A stretch of 20,000 nucleotides of DNA from an uncultured virus (IMG/VR IMGVR_UViG_3300037067_023910) (IMGVR_UViG_3300037067_023910); one strand, 5' to 3'. Numbered from the stretch's first letter, positions 1 to 8,039 are shown. Program-made: numbers and translations. Notes: generated from the sequence alone by a model not told the origin.

Positions 1-253
1 TCCGGGGTTTTTTGGTGGTTTGTTTCGAGACTGACTTGGACTGACTTTCGGTCTCAGAAGTCTCATCTCCCCTTTGAAGGGCCTTTGGGGGTTCCAATAG
101 CTTTTGTGGGGATGACCGAGACTCCCCGAGACTCTCAACTGTCTCCTTGTCTTTTAACCCTATTTTAGGAAGCACAGGCGGAAGCAATGGCGGGGCCGCG
201 ATTGCTTGTTGTTTTTGGGCTTGGAGTTTTTTCATTTTATCGCTGAGGCTCAT
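1..253 (-). CDS. Hypothetical protein, N-terminal part (runs off the window), low-complexity K/P/S/E-rich
   Basis: Not in ORF track. ATG at 253 overlaps the upstream stop (ATGA); frame open to base 1: MSLSDKMKKLQAQKQQAIAAPPLLPP... Confidence 0.7.
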   Translation of the reverse strand, partial: MSLSDKMKKLQAQKQQAIAAPPLLPPVLPKIGLKDKETVESLGESRSSPQKLLEPPKALQRGDETSETESQSKSVSKQTTKKPR

Positions 254-567
254 GGTCCGACCACCTTTTCGATCGCTTCAATTAATTGAATGTCTTCGTC
301 TGTAAATTGTAGGGCTGCCGTGTCTTGGCGGTTAAAAAATGCATAAAATTGGCCCAATACTTTTTTCAAGTCCATCACCATCAAGCGGTCTGCCTTGTCT
401 TCCGGGGCCATGCCCCTGACCGCCCGTTTAATTTGGACCACAGAAGACCGCCCAACACCATCAGAAAAATGTTGGCGGGTCGCAAAAATGGCATCGTTAA
501 TGGTCAAGCCCGGGTTCTTAAGAAAGAGCCCTTCGAGAAAGGCCCGTTTTTCATCCACCATCATCAT
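250..567 (-). CDS. Hypothetical protein, possibly helical DNA-binding
   Basis: ORF 250..645; start more likely at the ATGATGATG run (567-561) after SD GAAGGTGA; coupled to neighbours. Confidence 0.65.
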   Translation of the reverse strand: MMMVDEKRAFLEGLFLKNPGLTINDAIFATRQHFSDGVGRSSVVQIKRAVRGMAPEDKADRLMVMDLKKVLGQFYAFFNRQDTAALQFTDEDIQLIEAIEKVVGP

Positions 568-721
568 CAAGGTCACCTTCACAGTGTTCAGCTTCCCACG
601 CTTTCGTGGCAGCCCGAAAATCCTCGATCGTAAAGGTCTCGTCAAAGAGAAGCGATTTCGGGGGCTGTAAGTGGGACAACCGTTTTTCGTGTTGTTTCAT
701 AAAATCGAGCATTGTCGACAT
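551..721 (-). CDS. Small acidic hypothetical protein (56 aa)
   Basis: Not in ORF track: MSTMLDFMKQHEKRLSH...EGDLDDDGG*; fills the gap and overlaps the next start; preceded by hairpin CGGCGGG-AGG-CCCGCCG (734-750). Confidence 0.55.
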   Translation of the reverse strand: MSTMLDFMKQHEKRLSHLQPPKSLLFDETFTIEDFRAATKAWEAEHCEGDLDDDGG

Positions 722-785
722 AGGGTGCGGGGGCGGCGGGAGGCCCGCCGTAGTTTCCGCCTATTTCGAAGAGGGAAGAAAAAAA

Positions 786-959
786 TTAGGCATAGGGGTA
801 GGCCCGTTCTAAACCTAAGAGCCAGTTTAATTGGTGGTCTCGTTTTTGTAAATGGGTCTGGTTGCAGTGGTGGCAGACGACCCGGCGGGGGTGCCGGAGG
901 ATAAAACTCTCCCCGATAATGGGGTTGCCACATTCTTCGCAAATGATGGGTTTGGGCAT
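786..959 (-). CDS. Small Zn-finger protein (57 aa)
   Basis: Not in ORF track: MPKPIICEECGNP...RVVCHHCNQ...; two CxxC pairs; starts 2 nt after the upstream stop. Confidence 0.7.
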   Translation of the reverse strand: MPKPIICEECGNPIIGESFILRHPRRVVCHHCNQTHLQKRDHQLNWLLGLERAYPYA

Positions 960-961
960 TG

Positions 962-1243
962 TTACGTAGTCACCTCGAGTAATTTAAAAAACACTAAGGG
1001 CCGCCCACACGAATTGGTAGGCCGGGAAAATTTCTTGACCATATTGAAATGCGACAACCGCATTAAGTTGTCATAAACAGTCGACCAAGGGTAATGGACT
1101 GCCTGGGCTAAATCGCGGCGGGTCATTGGCCCGTTTTTCTCCAGTAGTTTTATTAATTCGAGTTGGAGGAGGCTGGGCATAAACCCGTTGACCTCGATAC
1201 AGTGGTCAGTGAGGTGTTGGGTGTGTTTGTCAGACAGGATCAT
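962..1243 (-). CDS. Winged-helix (TrmB/ArsR-like) transcriptional regulator
   Basis: LIKLLEKNGPMTRRDLAQAVHYPWSTVYDNLMRL...GRPLVFFKL is a wHTH pattern; ATG 1243 follows SD GAGGAG. Confidence 0.85.
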   Translation of the reverse strand: MILSDKHTQHLTDHCIEVNGFMPSLLQLELIKLLEKNGPMTRRDLAQAVHYPWSTVYDNLMRLSHFNMVKKFSRPTNSCGRPLVFFKLLEVTT

Positions 1244-1688
1244 GGGGGATCTCCTCTGAAATGCGAGTGTTAAGGGCCCGGCGGGCTGCGGCCCATTTGG
1301 CCCGGCGAGCTTTATTATGCCGGGAATCCCTAAACGAGACAAAATGCGGCTGAAAGGCCTGGTGGAGTTTTTGGCCTAAGGCCCAAATCACGGCGTCCCG
1401 CATTAAAAGGTGGTCGGTCGCATGTCCCCATTGAGCGTCCGTTAACGAAATAGCAATTGACTGCGTCCCCCCTTCATGGTATTGGGTCGCTCCAAAGGAG
1501 GGGATGGTGGTCGGTTTATCGGCATCAAGCCACCGTTCAAACAATTGCCGGAAAAATTCGGCCAAGCTTTTGGCATATTTGGGCCAGACTTGACGCATAA
1601 GGGTCAGAATGTCAGTGGGCACCGAAAGGGTTAAGATATTCTTGCCCTTTGGGTCCTCGTTCAATATGTTATCAGTTGTGGCAGTCAT
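1230..1688 (-). CDS. Putative tandem ribbon-helix-helix DNA-binding protein
   Basis: ILTLSVPTDILTLM...SLAEFFRQLFERWL and SIAISLTDAQW...MRDAVIWAL fit the beta-alpha-alpha RHH pattern; SD GAAGGT. Confidence 0.6.
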   Translation of the reverse strand: MTATTDNILNEDPKGKNILTLSVPTDILTLMRQVWPKYAKSLAEFFRQLFERWLDADKPTTIPSFGATQYHEGGTQSIAISLTDAQWGHATDHLLMRDAVIWALGQKLHQAFQPHFVSFRDSRHNKARRAKWAAARRALNTRISEEIPHDPV

Positions 1689-1730
1689 ACATAATTACCT
1701 TCATTTTTTGATTAAAATCATAAAAAAACG

Positions 1731-1997
1731 TTATTTGCGGTCATACCGACACGCTGGGAGGGTACACCCGGCGTTCGACCATGCATCGCATTCGAGACAG
1801 CTAATTTTATAGACCGAAAAAGGGGAATCGGTCGTGGCAATTTTTAGGACTTGCCCGGCATTTTTTAATTCAGTCAATGCCTGGTAAATCGCCGTGTTGA
1901 TGTCTCTCAATTCATTACTCATTTCAAGGAGACTCAAAGCCCCCCGTTCTCGTAAAAGGGTCAAGATAATGGCTTGTAAAGGGTTGTCGGACGCCAT
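1731..1997 (-). CDS. Winged-helix protein with C-terminal Cys cluster
   Basis: IILTLLRERGALSLLEMSNEL...IYQALTELKNAGQV; C-terminal CLEC...C...C. Confidence 0.75.
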   Translation of the reverse strand: MASDNPLQAIILTLLRERGALSLLEMSNELRDINTAIYQALTELKNAGQVLKIATTDSPFSVYKISCLECDAWSNAGCTLPACRYDRK

Positions 1998-2000
1998 GGT

Positions 2001-2963
2001 TCAGACACTCCCATTTTGGACTTGATCTTGTGTCGCTTTCCATCTGAAGTTTTGTTGATGCAAAAGGTCTTGGAGATCTTGGGATAAAGGGTCAAAGGAC
2101 GGCTGTTTTATTTTTTTGAGATAGTTCCTTAAACTTAATGGATTCATATTGTTTGACAACTGGAATTTGACAAACAACTCACAGATAGCCTTTTGAGAGC
2201 TTACGGCACAGATTTGAAGATAGACCACCATTCCCGCCAAATAATCAGCCCGAATGGTATTCCTTTTTTTGAAGCATGTTTTTTCGATGGTTTTTATCAT
2301 TGCTACCCCCGTCTCACTTGAGAAGGGAAGGTCTGTGAGTTCTGGGTGAAATTCTGTGTCAAAGGTCGCCCTAAATTGCCGATATAATTGTTGGGCCACT
2401 GAACATGCGACCGTCTTGCAAATGACTTTCGGGTCGGTCATAAGGGCTTGTTTTGCTTTGATTATGGCCGCATTGTGCAAAGTGTGAAAGGCCGAGGGGT
2501 GGGTCGTATTTTTGGGCCTACCTTTTGGGTGCTTTTGATAATATATTTTTTGATCAGATGGAGCCATTTTAGCAAAGGGGAGCGTATTTCCCAGTTCATC
2601 AATGGGAGTATTTAACCCCGTGTCCATTATGGTTTCAATGAAAGAAGTCATGAACGAAAATTTAAGGCCCTGGCGAGCGATATTCCATTTTATAAAATCT
2701 TTCATAGGTATTCTTAAATGGAGAATATGGGAGGGCCCCGAACAAGTGGTAGTTTTAGAAAGGGGATTAAGCAGATCAAGCACATGATCTATCGTGGTAT
2801 TTATCACGATTGGGACGAAAGAAGCCAGGGTCGGATAACCATGACTTTGGCAAAGTGTTTCCAATTTGATAAAATTTGTTTCGGACAAGCGGCAACACAT
2901 ATCCTTCATGTCTGGCCAAGAATCCAATTGGCCCTTCGTTTCACGGATGTTTTTCACAAACAC
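2001..2963 (-). CDS. Protein with two RHH-like repeats and a C-terminal TFB/TFIIB cyclin-repeat-like domain
   Basis: ORF 2001..3023, likely GTG start at 2963 (SD AAGGAG); RADYLAGMVVYL...SQKAICELF...NPLSLRNYLKKI resembles the TFB core repeat (LAAAALY...TQKEVA...TEVTIRNRYKEL). Confidence 0.55.
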   Translation of the reverse strand: MFVKNIRETKGQLDSWPDMKDMCCRLSETNFIKLETLCQSHGYPTLASFVPIVINTTIDHVLDLLNPLSKTTTCSGPSHILHLRIPMKDFIKWNIARQGLKFSFMTSFIETIMDTGLNTPIDELGNTLPFAKMAPSDQKIYYQKHPKGRPKNTTHPSAFHTLHNAAIIKAKQALMTDPKVICKTVACSVAQQLYRQFRATFDTEFHPELTDLPFSSETGVAMIKTIEKTCFKKRNTIRADYLAGMVVYLQICAVSSQKAICELFVKFQLSNNMNPLSLRNYLKKIKQPSFDPLSQDLQDLLHQQNFRWKATQDQVQNGSV

Positions 2964-2964
2964 T

Positions 2965-3504
2965 TTACTCGTCTCCTTTGGATGGGGTGAGAATCCCTGC
3001 TTGGGCTGCTTTGCGTAGGGCAAACATTTCCTTCACATGGGGGTGGGTCTTATCCACTAATTTGGACTCGAATAAAGCGTCCCGGTTTTCAATAGCGGCT
3101 AAAGCTAAATATTCGTTGGGTTTTGTTCTAATCGACTGTGGTTTTGATGGAAATTTTCGTTTCTGGTTTGTGGGGGTTAAGGTTTTTAGAGCCGGGTTAA
3201 GGGGGATCCCGTGAGTGGCTAAAAACTTATGCTGGTCTTCAATTAAAATCGAATCAAACTCATCTTTGGATTTGAACACATCAACCTGGACTGTTATATT
3301 CAAGGAACTTAGGACCGCAGAAGCGTGTTGATAGTTTTCACGCCCCTCAACGCGAATAAAGGCCCATTTGTAAGATTTTGTATCGGGTAAACGTCGAGGA
3401 CCTTTGAATGGGACATTGTTTTGTTGTAAAGAATAGCGAATGGTGTTTTCTAAAGATTTCATCTGTCGGGGCCATGCCCCGAACTTAAGCGTAAATTTAA
3501 TCAT
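2965..3504 (-). CDS. Hypothetical protein with N-terminal RRM/ferredoxin-like domain
   Basis: beta-alpha-beta-beta-alpha-beta pattern with RNP1-like DTKSYKWAFIRVE followed by helix ENYQHASAVLSSLN; CDS is solid, fold call tentative. Confidence 0.5.
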   Translation of the reverse strand: MIKFTLKFGAWPRQMKSLENTIRYSLQQNNVPFKGPRRLPDTKSYKWAFIRVEGRENYQHASAVLSSLNITVQVDVFKSKDEFDSILIEDQHKFLATHGIPLNPALKTLTPTNQKRKFPSKPQSIRTKPNEYLALAAIENRDALFESKLVDKTHPHVKEMFALRKAAQAGILTPSKGDE

Positions 3505-3519
3505 AATAATCAACGAAAT

Positions 3520-3728
3520 CCTATGACCGACTTGGACGGTCTGGAGGCGATAATCCTCATAGGACAGTTTAGATCATTTCACCTGCTTTCCTTACACCCG
3601 AAGGCAAAAGCCGGAGCATCCAGCTTCCTTGATGAATACCCCGGTGGAACCTGTCGAACAAAAAAGTGGCATCTCTGCCAACGAAAAGGTCTCCTTATGA
3701 CCATTGGAGGCGTTTTCGTAGACAGAGA
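3520..3728 (-). ncRNA. Candidate structured leader/cis-regulatory RNA
   Basis: Only large gap in a tightly packed operon; stems at 3672-3728 (TCTCTGTC/GGCAGAGA, ACGAAAA/TTTTCGT, CTCC/GGAG), 3621-3653, and 3520-3563 (CCTATGA/TCATAGG). Confidence 0.4.
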
Positions 3729-3740
3729 AAAGAGAAAAAA

Positions 3741-4088
3741 TTAGACCGGGCTCGCTTTCACGACATCGGCCACGTACGGGGAAATGCGGTAGACGATTAA
3801 GTCAGTGTCTGGCCAAATTAATGCTTGGACATAGCCACAGTCGCAGAGTTGTTTGATCCGCCCCCGGATTGACCCGGCGGGGACACCGACTAAAACGTCC
3901 GAGATCTGTTGGTTGGAGAAATATAAGGTCGGGTTGCACGCCAGGAGGAGTAAAATATCCCACGTCGTCTTCCCTTGGTTGGCCTTAGGGGCTAAGGTGG
4001 CACTACTTTTTTTCGGGAGGGCATTGAGGGTCGCTTCCGTGTAGCCTTCGGCTGTGAAGTGCGAAGGTTGTTTAAGGTCGGAGGCCAT
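3741..4088 (-). CDS. Winged-helix DNA-binding protein
   Basis: TWDILLLLACNPTLYFSNQQISDVL...GSIRGRIKQLCDCGYV...VYRIS; SD GGAGGT. Confidence 0.75.
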   Translation of the reverse strand: MASDLKQPSHFTAEGYTEATLNALPKKSSATLAPKANQGKTTWDILLLLACNPTLYFSNQQISDVLVGVPAGSIRGRIKQLCDCGYVQALIWPDTDLIVYRISPYVADVVKASPV

Positions 4089-4089
4089 G

Positions 4090-4314
4090 TTAATGCACGA
4101 CCTCCGGGGTGGGGGTAGTAAAGACCGACATCTGTGGAGGTAGAGGGGTCAATTCTTCCAAGCGGAATTCCAAATCATATAATAAATCAATAACAGTATG
4201 GTTAGGGTCTGGGTGTTGTTGATACCAAGCGACCATTTCGGCGATTTGCTGGGGGAGGGCTTGGACGATCGCTTGGGTAAGGGGGGCTTGATTTAAGAAT
4301 AGATTATCGATCAA
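4090..4314 (-). CDS. Hypothetical protein (74 aa)
   Basis: TTG start overlapping the upstream TGA, SD GGAGGT; fits the operon packing. Confidence 0.6.
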   Translation of the reverse strand: MIDNLFLNQAPLTQAIVQALPQQIAEMVAWYQQHPDPNHTVIDLLYDLEFRLEELTPLPPQMSVFTTPTPEVVH

Positions 4315-4475
4315 GTTGCTATGACCTCCGATTCTTTTTCAATTGGAACCAATTTAACGCGATAACTCTTTTTAGGATCGATAAGACCAGCATCTACATC
4401 TTTCTTAGGAATCGTAATTTGGAATCTGGCACCATTATTTATCGAGATAATATTGGCAGTAAATTCAGTTGACAT
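4311..4475 (-). CDS. AbrB/SpoVT-like swapped-hairpin regulator (54 aa)
   Basis: MSTEF...GARFQITIPKKDVDAGLIDPKKSYRVKLVPIE; paralog of 4604..4795. Confidence 0.7.
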   Translation of the reverse strand: MSTEFTANIISINNGARFQITIPKKDVDAGLIDPKKSYRVKLVPIEKESEVIAT

Positions 4476-4490
4476 AATTTTTTCACGATC

Positions 4491-4571
4491 TGTAAACAAT
4501 TTGTATACAATATTATTATTCATCAATATATTATTTAAATGTTTACAATTTGTATACAATCTGTATAATAA
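4491..4571. promoter_or_regulatory. Divergent promoter region with operator repeats TGTWWACAAT and a minus-strand TATA box
   Basis: TGTAAACAAT 4491, TGTATACAAT 4502, TGTTTACAAT 4540, TGTATACAAT 4551 (two pairs with 11-bp period); TTTAAATA on minus at 4539-4532. Confidence 0.75.
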
Positions 4572-4603
4572 ATGTAAAATTTTCGTGTTTCCTTATTTAT
4601 ATT

Positions 4604-4795
4604 ATGAGTGAAGAAGTTGATAGAAAAAAATGGAAAAAATTTGTTGAATTTCCTTCAGAAATAACTTGCACCAAACAAAGGTATTATATTCATGTACCAG
4701 TAAAATATATTAAATTTAATCAGGTTAATCCAAATAAGAAATATAAGGTAATACTAATCCCTATAGAGGATCAGCCTTTACCCCAAGACTCTTAA
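4604..4795 (+). CDS. AbrB/SpoVT-like swapped-hairpin regulator (63 aa)
   Basis: KQRYYIHVPVKYIKFNQVNPNKKYKVILIPIE; ATG at 4604. Confidence 0.7.
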   Translation: MSEEVDRKKWKKFVEFPSEITCTKQRYYIHVPVKYIKFNQVNPNKKYKVILIPIEDQPLPQDS

Positions 4796-5054
4796 AGAAA
4801 GTAATCTCAAAATCTAAAGGATTTATATGAAGTTCGACCAATAGGATGATGTCTGAATTCTTTTGTTGTTTTTCCTTCTGTTTTAAAGATATTTGTTCCA
4901 TTGTTAATAAGCCCCCGACAATATCATTTTTGTCGTCATTTATTAGGTCTTGCACCATATATAAGGTTTTTGATGGAATCCGCAGAGTCATTCTCTCTCT
5001 ATTGACTGGACTCCGCAGTCCTGGAGAGAGAGAGGTCACCGAAAGTAGGTCCAT
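4761..5054 (-). CDS. Hypothetical protein (possibly distant AbrB-like, RMTLRIPSK)
   Basis: 97-aa ORF with SD GGGGGT. Confidence 0.5.
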   Translation of the reverse strand: MDLLSVTSLSPGLRSPVNRERMTLRIPSKTLYMVQDLINDDKNDIVGGLLTMEQISLKQKEKQQKNSDIILLVELHINPLDFEITFFKSLGVKADPL

Positions 5055-5102
5055 TTTACCCCCGACAAAACCTTTTTATCGACTTAAGACGCACATGGAA
5101 GT

Positions 5103-6107
5103 ATGCCGAAAAACAAAAGTGTTTTGGTAGTGTTAATCCTGAGCATAATGTGCTTTGGGGGCCTCTGTTCGTGTACTCGAGGTGAAGCTTATATCATCGA
5201 AATTGAAGGCCAAACGCGGACTAGTGCGTGGTGGGATGATGTTGAAAAATATTTTACCATAACTCATGACGACAGCGATGTCATTTTGATTGGGATAAGT
5301 GACCCGGATGAAGGGGTAGAGTATCCTACGCATTTTACTGGAGCGGCCATTTGGTATGATGAAGATTTAGTAAATCCTGAATTAGAATTAGACGAAAATG
5401 ATTTAGTGTCGCCTGAATTTTTTGTCATCACTGATGACGACGACCCGGTCTATCTTGGAATAGGAAGGACTGACTTGGCAGACAATAGCGAGTTCAATGT
5501 CGAAGTTGTTTATCCAGACAAAATTGAACTGTTTGATCAATTGAGATATTATACGGATGAAAAAGAAAAAACTGCGTATGATGAATCGGTGTTTAGTGGG
5601 GCCGTCTGGGACCATGAATGGTATATTGCATGTTTTTATCAAGTGCATTTAGATGCAGGGCGTTCCTATCAAATTTTTGCGGAAACAGAAGACCATACTT
5701 TGATTGATGAATATGATTGGGGGCGGTTCTTTCTATTCAATGCGGACGGAGATATTAAATGGGCGACTTCAGGAGGGACGAGTGATAATGCTGATGAAGA
5801 GCAAGGGGAAACGATTTTTGACGAAGAAGCCGGGGCCCGCTACATTGGGTGGGGCGAAGGGTCCGAACTTGAGATAGCCACCGAGGGCGATTATTATCTG
5901 GTCGGTATTAATGAATATCAAACCTATCCGGCGATCGACCAAATAGTATTCCGGGATATGACAATCAACCGGTGGAATGAATGTAAAGAAGACGAGCAGT
6001 GTGGAAGTTCGATTGATGGAATACCGCTCTTGGGGATCTTCCTTGCGGGGCTCTGTGGCTTGGGGGGCATTATGAAAATAGTTAAAAAATCACGGTCGTT
6101 TTTTTAA
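5103..6107 (+). CDS. Secreted acidic cell-surface protein with PPC-like beta domain and Loki-CTERM-like membrane anchor
   Basis: Signal peptide MPKNKSVLVVLILSIMC; FYQVHLDAGRSYQI...FFLFNADG...TEGDYYLV (pre-peptidase C-terminal-like); tail SIDGIP + TM helix + KKSR. Confidence 0.8.
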   Translation: MPKNKSVLVVLILSIMCFGGLCSCTRGEAYIIEIEGQTRTSAWWDDVEKYFTITHDDSDVILIGISDPDEGVEYPTHFTGAAIWYDEDLVNPELELDENDLVSPEFFVITDDDDPVYLGIGRTDLADNSEFNVEVVYPDKIELFDQLRYYTDEKEKTAYDESVFSGAVWDHEWYIACFYQVHLDAGRSYQIFAETEDHTLIDEYDWGRFFLFNADGDIKWATSGGTSDNADEEQGETIFDEEAGARYIGWGEGSELEIATEGDYYLVGINEYQTYPAIDQIVFRDMTINRWNECKEDEQCGSSIDGIPLLGIFLAGLCGLGGIMKIVKKSRSFF

Positions 6108-6117
6108 AGTGTCATCC

Positions 6118-6342
6118 CTAACATCTTTTTTTCTTCGCTTTTTTGTTCTGGGGTGGGGCATTGCTTTTGATTTCAGCTAATTTTTTCTCAACCGTCTTGA
6201 GCTCGTTTTCGGCCTCATGTTGTTTAAACTTCAACGCCCATAGGCGGTTGGTAAGGTAGTTGAGTTGTCGATGGACGGTCTTGCGGTTCTTTAACACCGC
6301 ATTTAATTGTTGTTCCCGTTGGTCTTGCGTTTTGGTCTTCAT
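6118..6342 (-). CDS. Small basic coiled-coil protein
   Basis: K/Q-rich helical ORF, last gene of the basic-protein cluster. Confidence 0.65.
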   Translation of the reverse strand: MKTKTQDQREQQLNAVLKNRKTVHRQLNYLTNRLWALKFKQHEAENELKTVEKKLAEIKSNAPPQNKKAKKKRC

Positions 6343-6386
6343 AGGGGTTTCATCCAATTTTTAATTTTAACTATAACTAAAAAAAA

Positions 6387-7010
6387 CTAAATATAACCGC
6401 TGCCTTGCTTTCTTTTTGGCGTTTCGGGGCTAAAAATAGTCTTAACTTCCACTTGGTTTTTCTGAAGAGCGGAAGCTAACCCAAGCTTATCAACGTCTCG
6501 ACATTGGTGATTATAAGAGACCACCGAGGATTTCAAGTGGAGATCTTTTAAAACCTGTTGATTTTTTTTATCATTGTCTATAGTGAGATCGCCGACAATG
6601 GAGGAGGATTGTTTCGATTTTAAGATATTTGATAATTTTTGAGGTGATATGGAGTATTTTTTATCAAAAGCCGATTTTTTTATCTCGATGTCCATGTCCT
6701 CTAACTGTTGAGTTTTTTTGGGGGTTTTAAAAGTTACCAATATGTTTGTCCAGTCATCTTCATAATCTGTCCGATGCTTTGAAAGCGGTTTTTGGGGCTT
6801 GGGGACCGTTTTTTTAGGTTTTAGTGTTGATGCACTTTTCCGGGCTTGTTTCAAGGCTTCGCCTTTGGTATGATAATCTGCTTTCGTTTTTTCATACACC
6901 TTTTCCAATTGCTGTCGTTCTCGGCCTTTCGCCGCCTTTAACCGCAAACCCATGGCATTCCGTTTGGCTTTGGCCAATTGGTATTCTTGTTCTTTTTTTG
7001 TAAGGGTCAT
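6387..7010 (-). CDS. Lys-rich protein, N-terminal domain paralogous to 7514..7915
   Basis: LTKKEQEY...KAAKGRE...YEKTKADYHTKGEALKQA; SD AGTGA. Confidence 0.75.
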   Translation of the reverse strand: MTLTKKEQEYQLAKAKRNAMGLRLKAAKGRERQQLEKVYEKTKADYHTKGEALKQARKSASTLKPKKTVPKPQKPLSKHRTDYEDDWTNILVTFKTPKKTQQLEDMDIEIKKSAFDKKYSISPQKLSNILKSKQSSSIVGDLTIDNDKKNQQVLKDLHLKSSVVSYNHQCRDVDKLGLASALQKNQVEVKTIFSPETPKRKQGSGYI

Positions 7011-7045
7011 ACTTTTTCACTTTCTTCGGATTTGGATTATGACAA

Positions 7046-7267
7046 TTAGAACCCATATTTCTCGGCCATTTTTTGAAATGCCTTTTTCCCCGCTTCGGTC
7101 TCCCGGATCTCATCCGATCTGGCGATAGCCTTCTTTTCGAGTTCGTGGTATTTATTGGAGACTTTTTGAAGCTCCCGCCCTGCTTTGACCCGTAACTTAA
7201 GGGATTCTAAATGGATTTGTTTTAACTCCATATACGGGGTGAGTTTTTTCTTTTTTGTGGTCTTCAT
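7046..7267 (-). CDS. Small basic helical protein
   Basis: MKTTKKKK...KAGRELQKVSNKYHEL; SD GGAGAG. Confidence 0.7.
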   Translation of the reverse strand: MKTTKKKKLTPYMELKQIHLESLKLRVKAGRELQKVSNKYHELEKKAIARSDEIRETEAGKKAFQKMAEKYGF

Positions 7268-7269
7268 CT

Positions 7270-7455
7270 TTATCTCTCCTGTTGTTTACTTGCTTTTTGT
7301 AACCTTTCCCCGAGCTGGTGATATCGTGCTTTAGCGTCCGGGTAGAGTTTTTCGGCTTCAAATGAATCGGGACCTTTTTGTTTCGCCAGTTCCCCAATTC
7401 GATGGTATTCCGCTTTGGCTTTTTCATACGATTGAGTTAAACGTTTGATCCCCAT
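7270..7455 (-). CDS. Small basic protein with an internal duplicated motif
   Basis: YEKAKAEYHRIGE and YPDAKARYHQLGE. Confidence 0.7.
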   Translation of the reverse strand: MGIKRLTQSYEKAKAEYHRIGELAKQKGPDSFEAEKLYPDAKARYHQLGERLQKASKQQER

Positions 7456-7513
7456 AATTCGGTCCACATCGTTTCAGTTTTTTTAGAATGGAATAAAAAA
7501 AAGGGCTGAGAAA

Positions 7514-7915
7514 TTATTTGCCTTTGTCTTTGGTGTCAACACCCGGGTAGTCAAAACTGCCGGGGTCGTTGGCCCACCGCATGTCGGTGACGACATTTTC
7601 GGACGTGGCTTTACTGTCAGCCGTCCGAGATCGTTTTGATCGATCTTTTTGCAGTTTTTTGGCCACACCTTCCTTTAAGGGAATTTCTTTCAACGGAACT
7701 TTCCCCCGGCGGGCTGCCCGTTTTTCTTTCTTGGGCCCGGCTTTGGCCGCTTTCAGGGCTTCCCCGGTTTCTTTCCAACGTTTTTCGGCGTTTTTTATTT
7801 GGGTCGCAATCCCCGAATTCTCACGGCCTTTCGCCGTTTTTGATTTCTTCTGCAAGTCTTCCAATTTTTTCTTGGCGTCGTAATATGCAGCTTGCTTGTT
7901 CGTAAGTTCTGTCAT
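7514..7915 (-). CDS. Lys/Arg-rich protein, first gene of the basic cluster
   Basis: LTNKQAAY...KTAKGRE...WKETGEALKAAK; conserved-looking tail WANDPGSFDYPGVDT. Confidence 0.75.
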   Translation of the reverse strand: MTELTNKQAAYYDAKKKLEDLQKKSKTAKGRENSGIATQIKNAEKRWKETGEALKAAKAGPKKEKRAARRGKVPLKEIPLKEGVAKKLQKDRSKRSRTADSKATSENVVTDMRWANDPGSFDYPGVDTKDKGK

Positions 7916-7989
7916 ACAGATTGGGTCCTTAAGATTTTTTGATCAAAAATGCCCCGATTTTAGGGCAAAAAAAGGGCAAATTTGTTCAA

Positions 7990-8024
7990 TATTTAAATGA
8001 TCGGGCCCCTCTATATAAACCTTG
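7990..8024 (-). promoter_or_regulatory. Archaeal TATA boxes driving the basic-protein cluster
   Basis: Minus strand AAGG-TTTATATA (8019-8012) and CA-TTTAAATA (7997-7990), upstream of ATG 7915. Confidence 0.55.
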
Positions 8025-8039
8025 AGGTCGTGAAAAGGG

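Noticed and set aside
325..1076. Overlapping plus-strand ORFs and minus ORF 697..942
   Set aside because: Shadows of better-supported, translationally coupled minus-strand genes
3625..3690. Plus-strand hammerhead (TTGATGA...CGAAA)
   Set aside because: Core C missing and stems I/III cannot be formed
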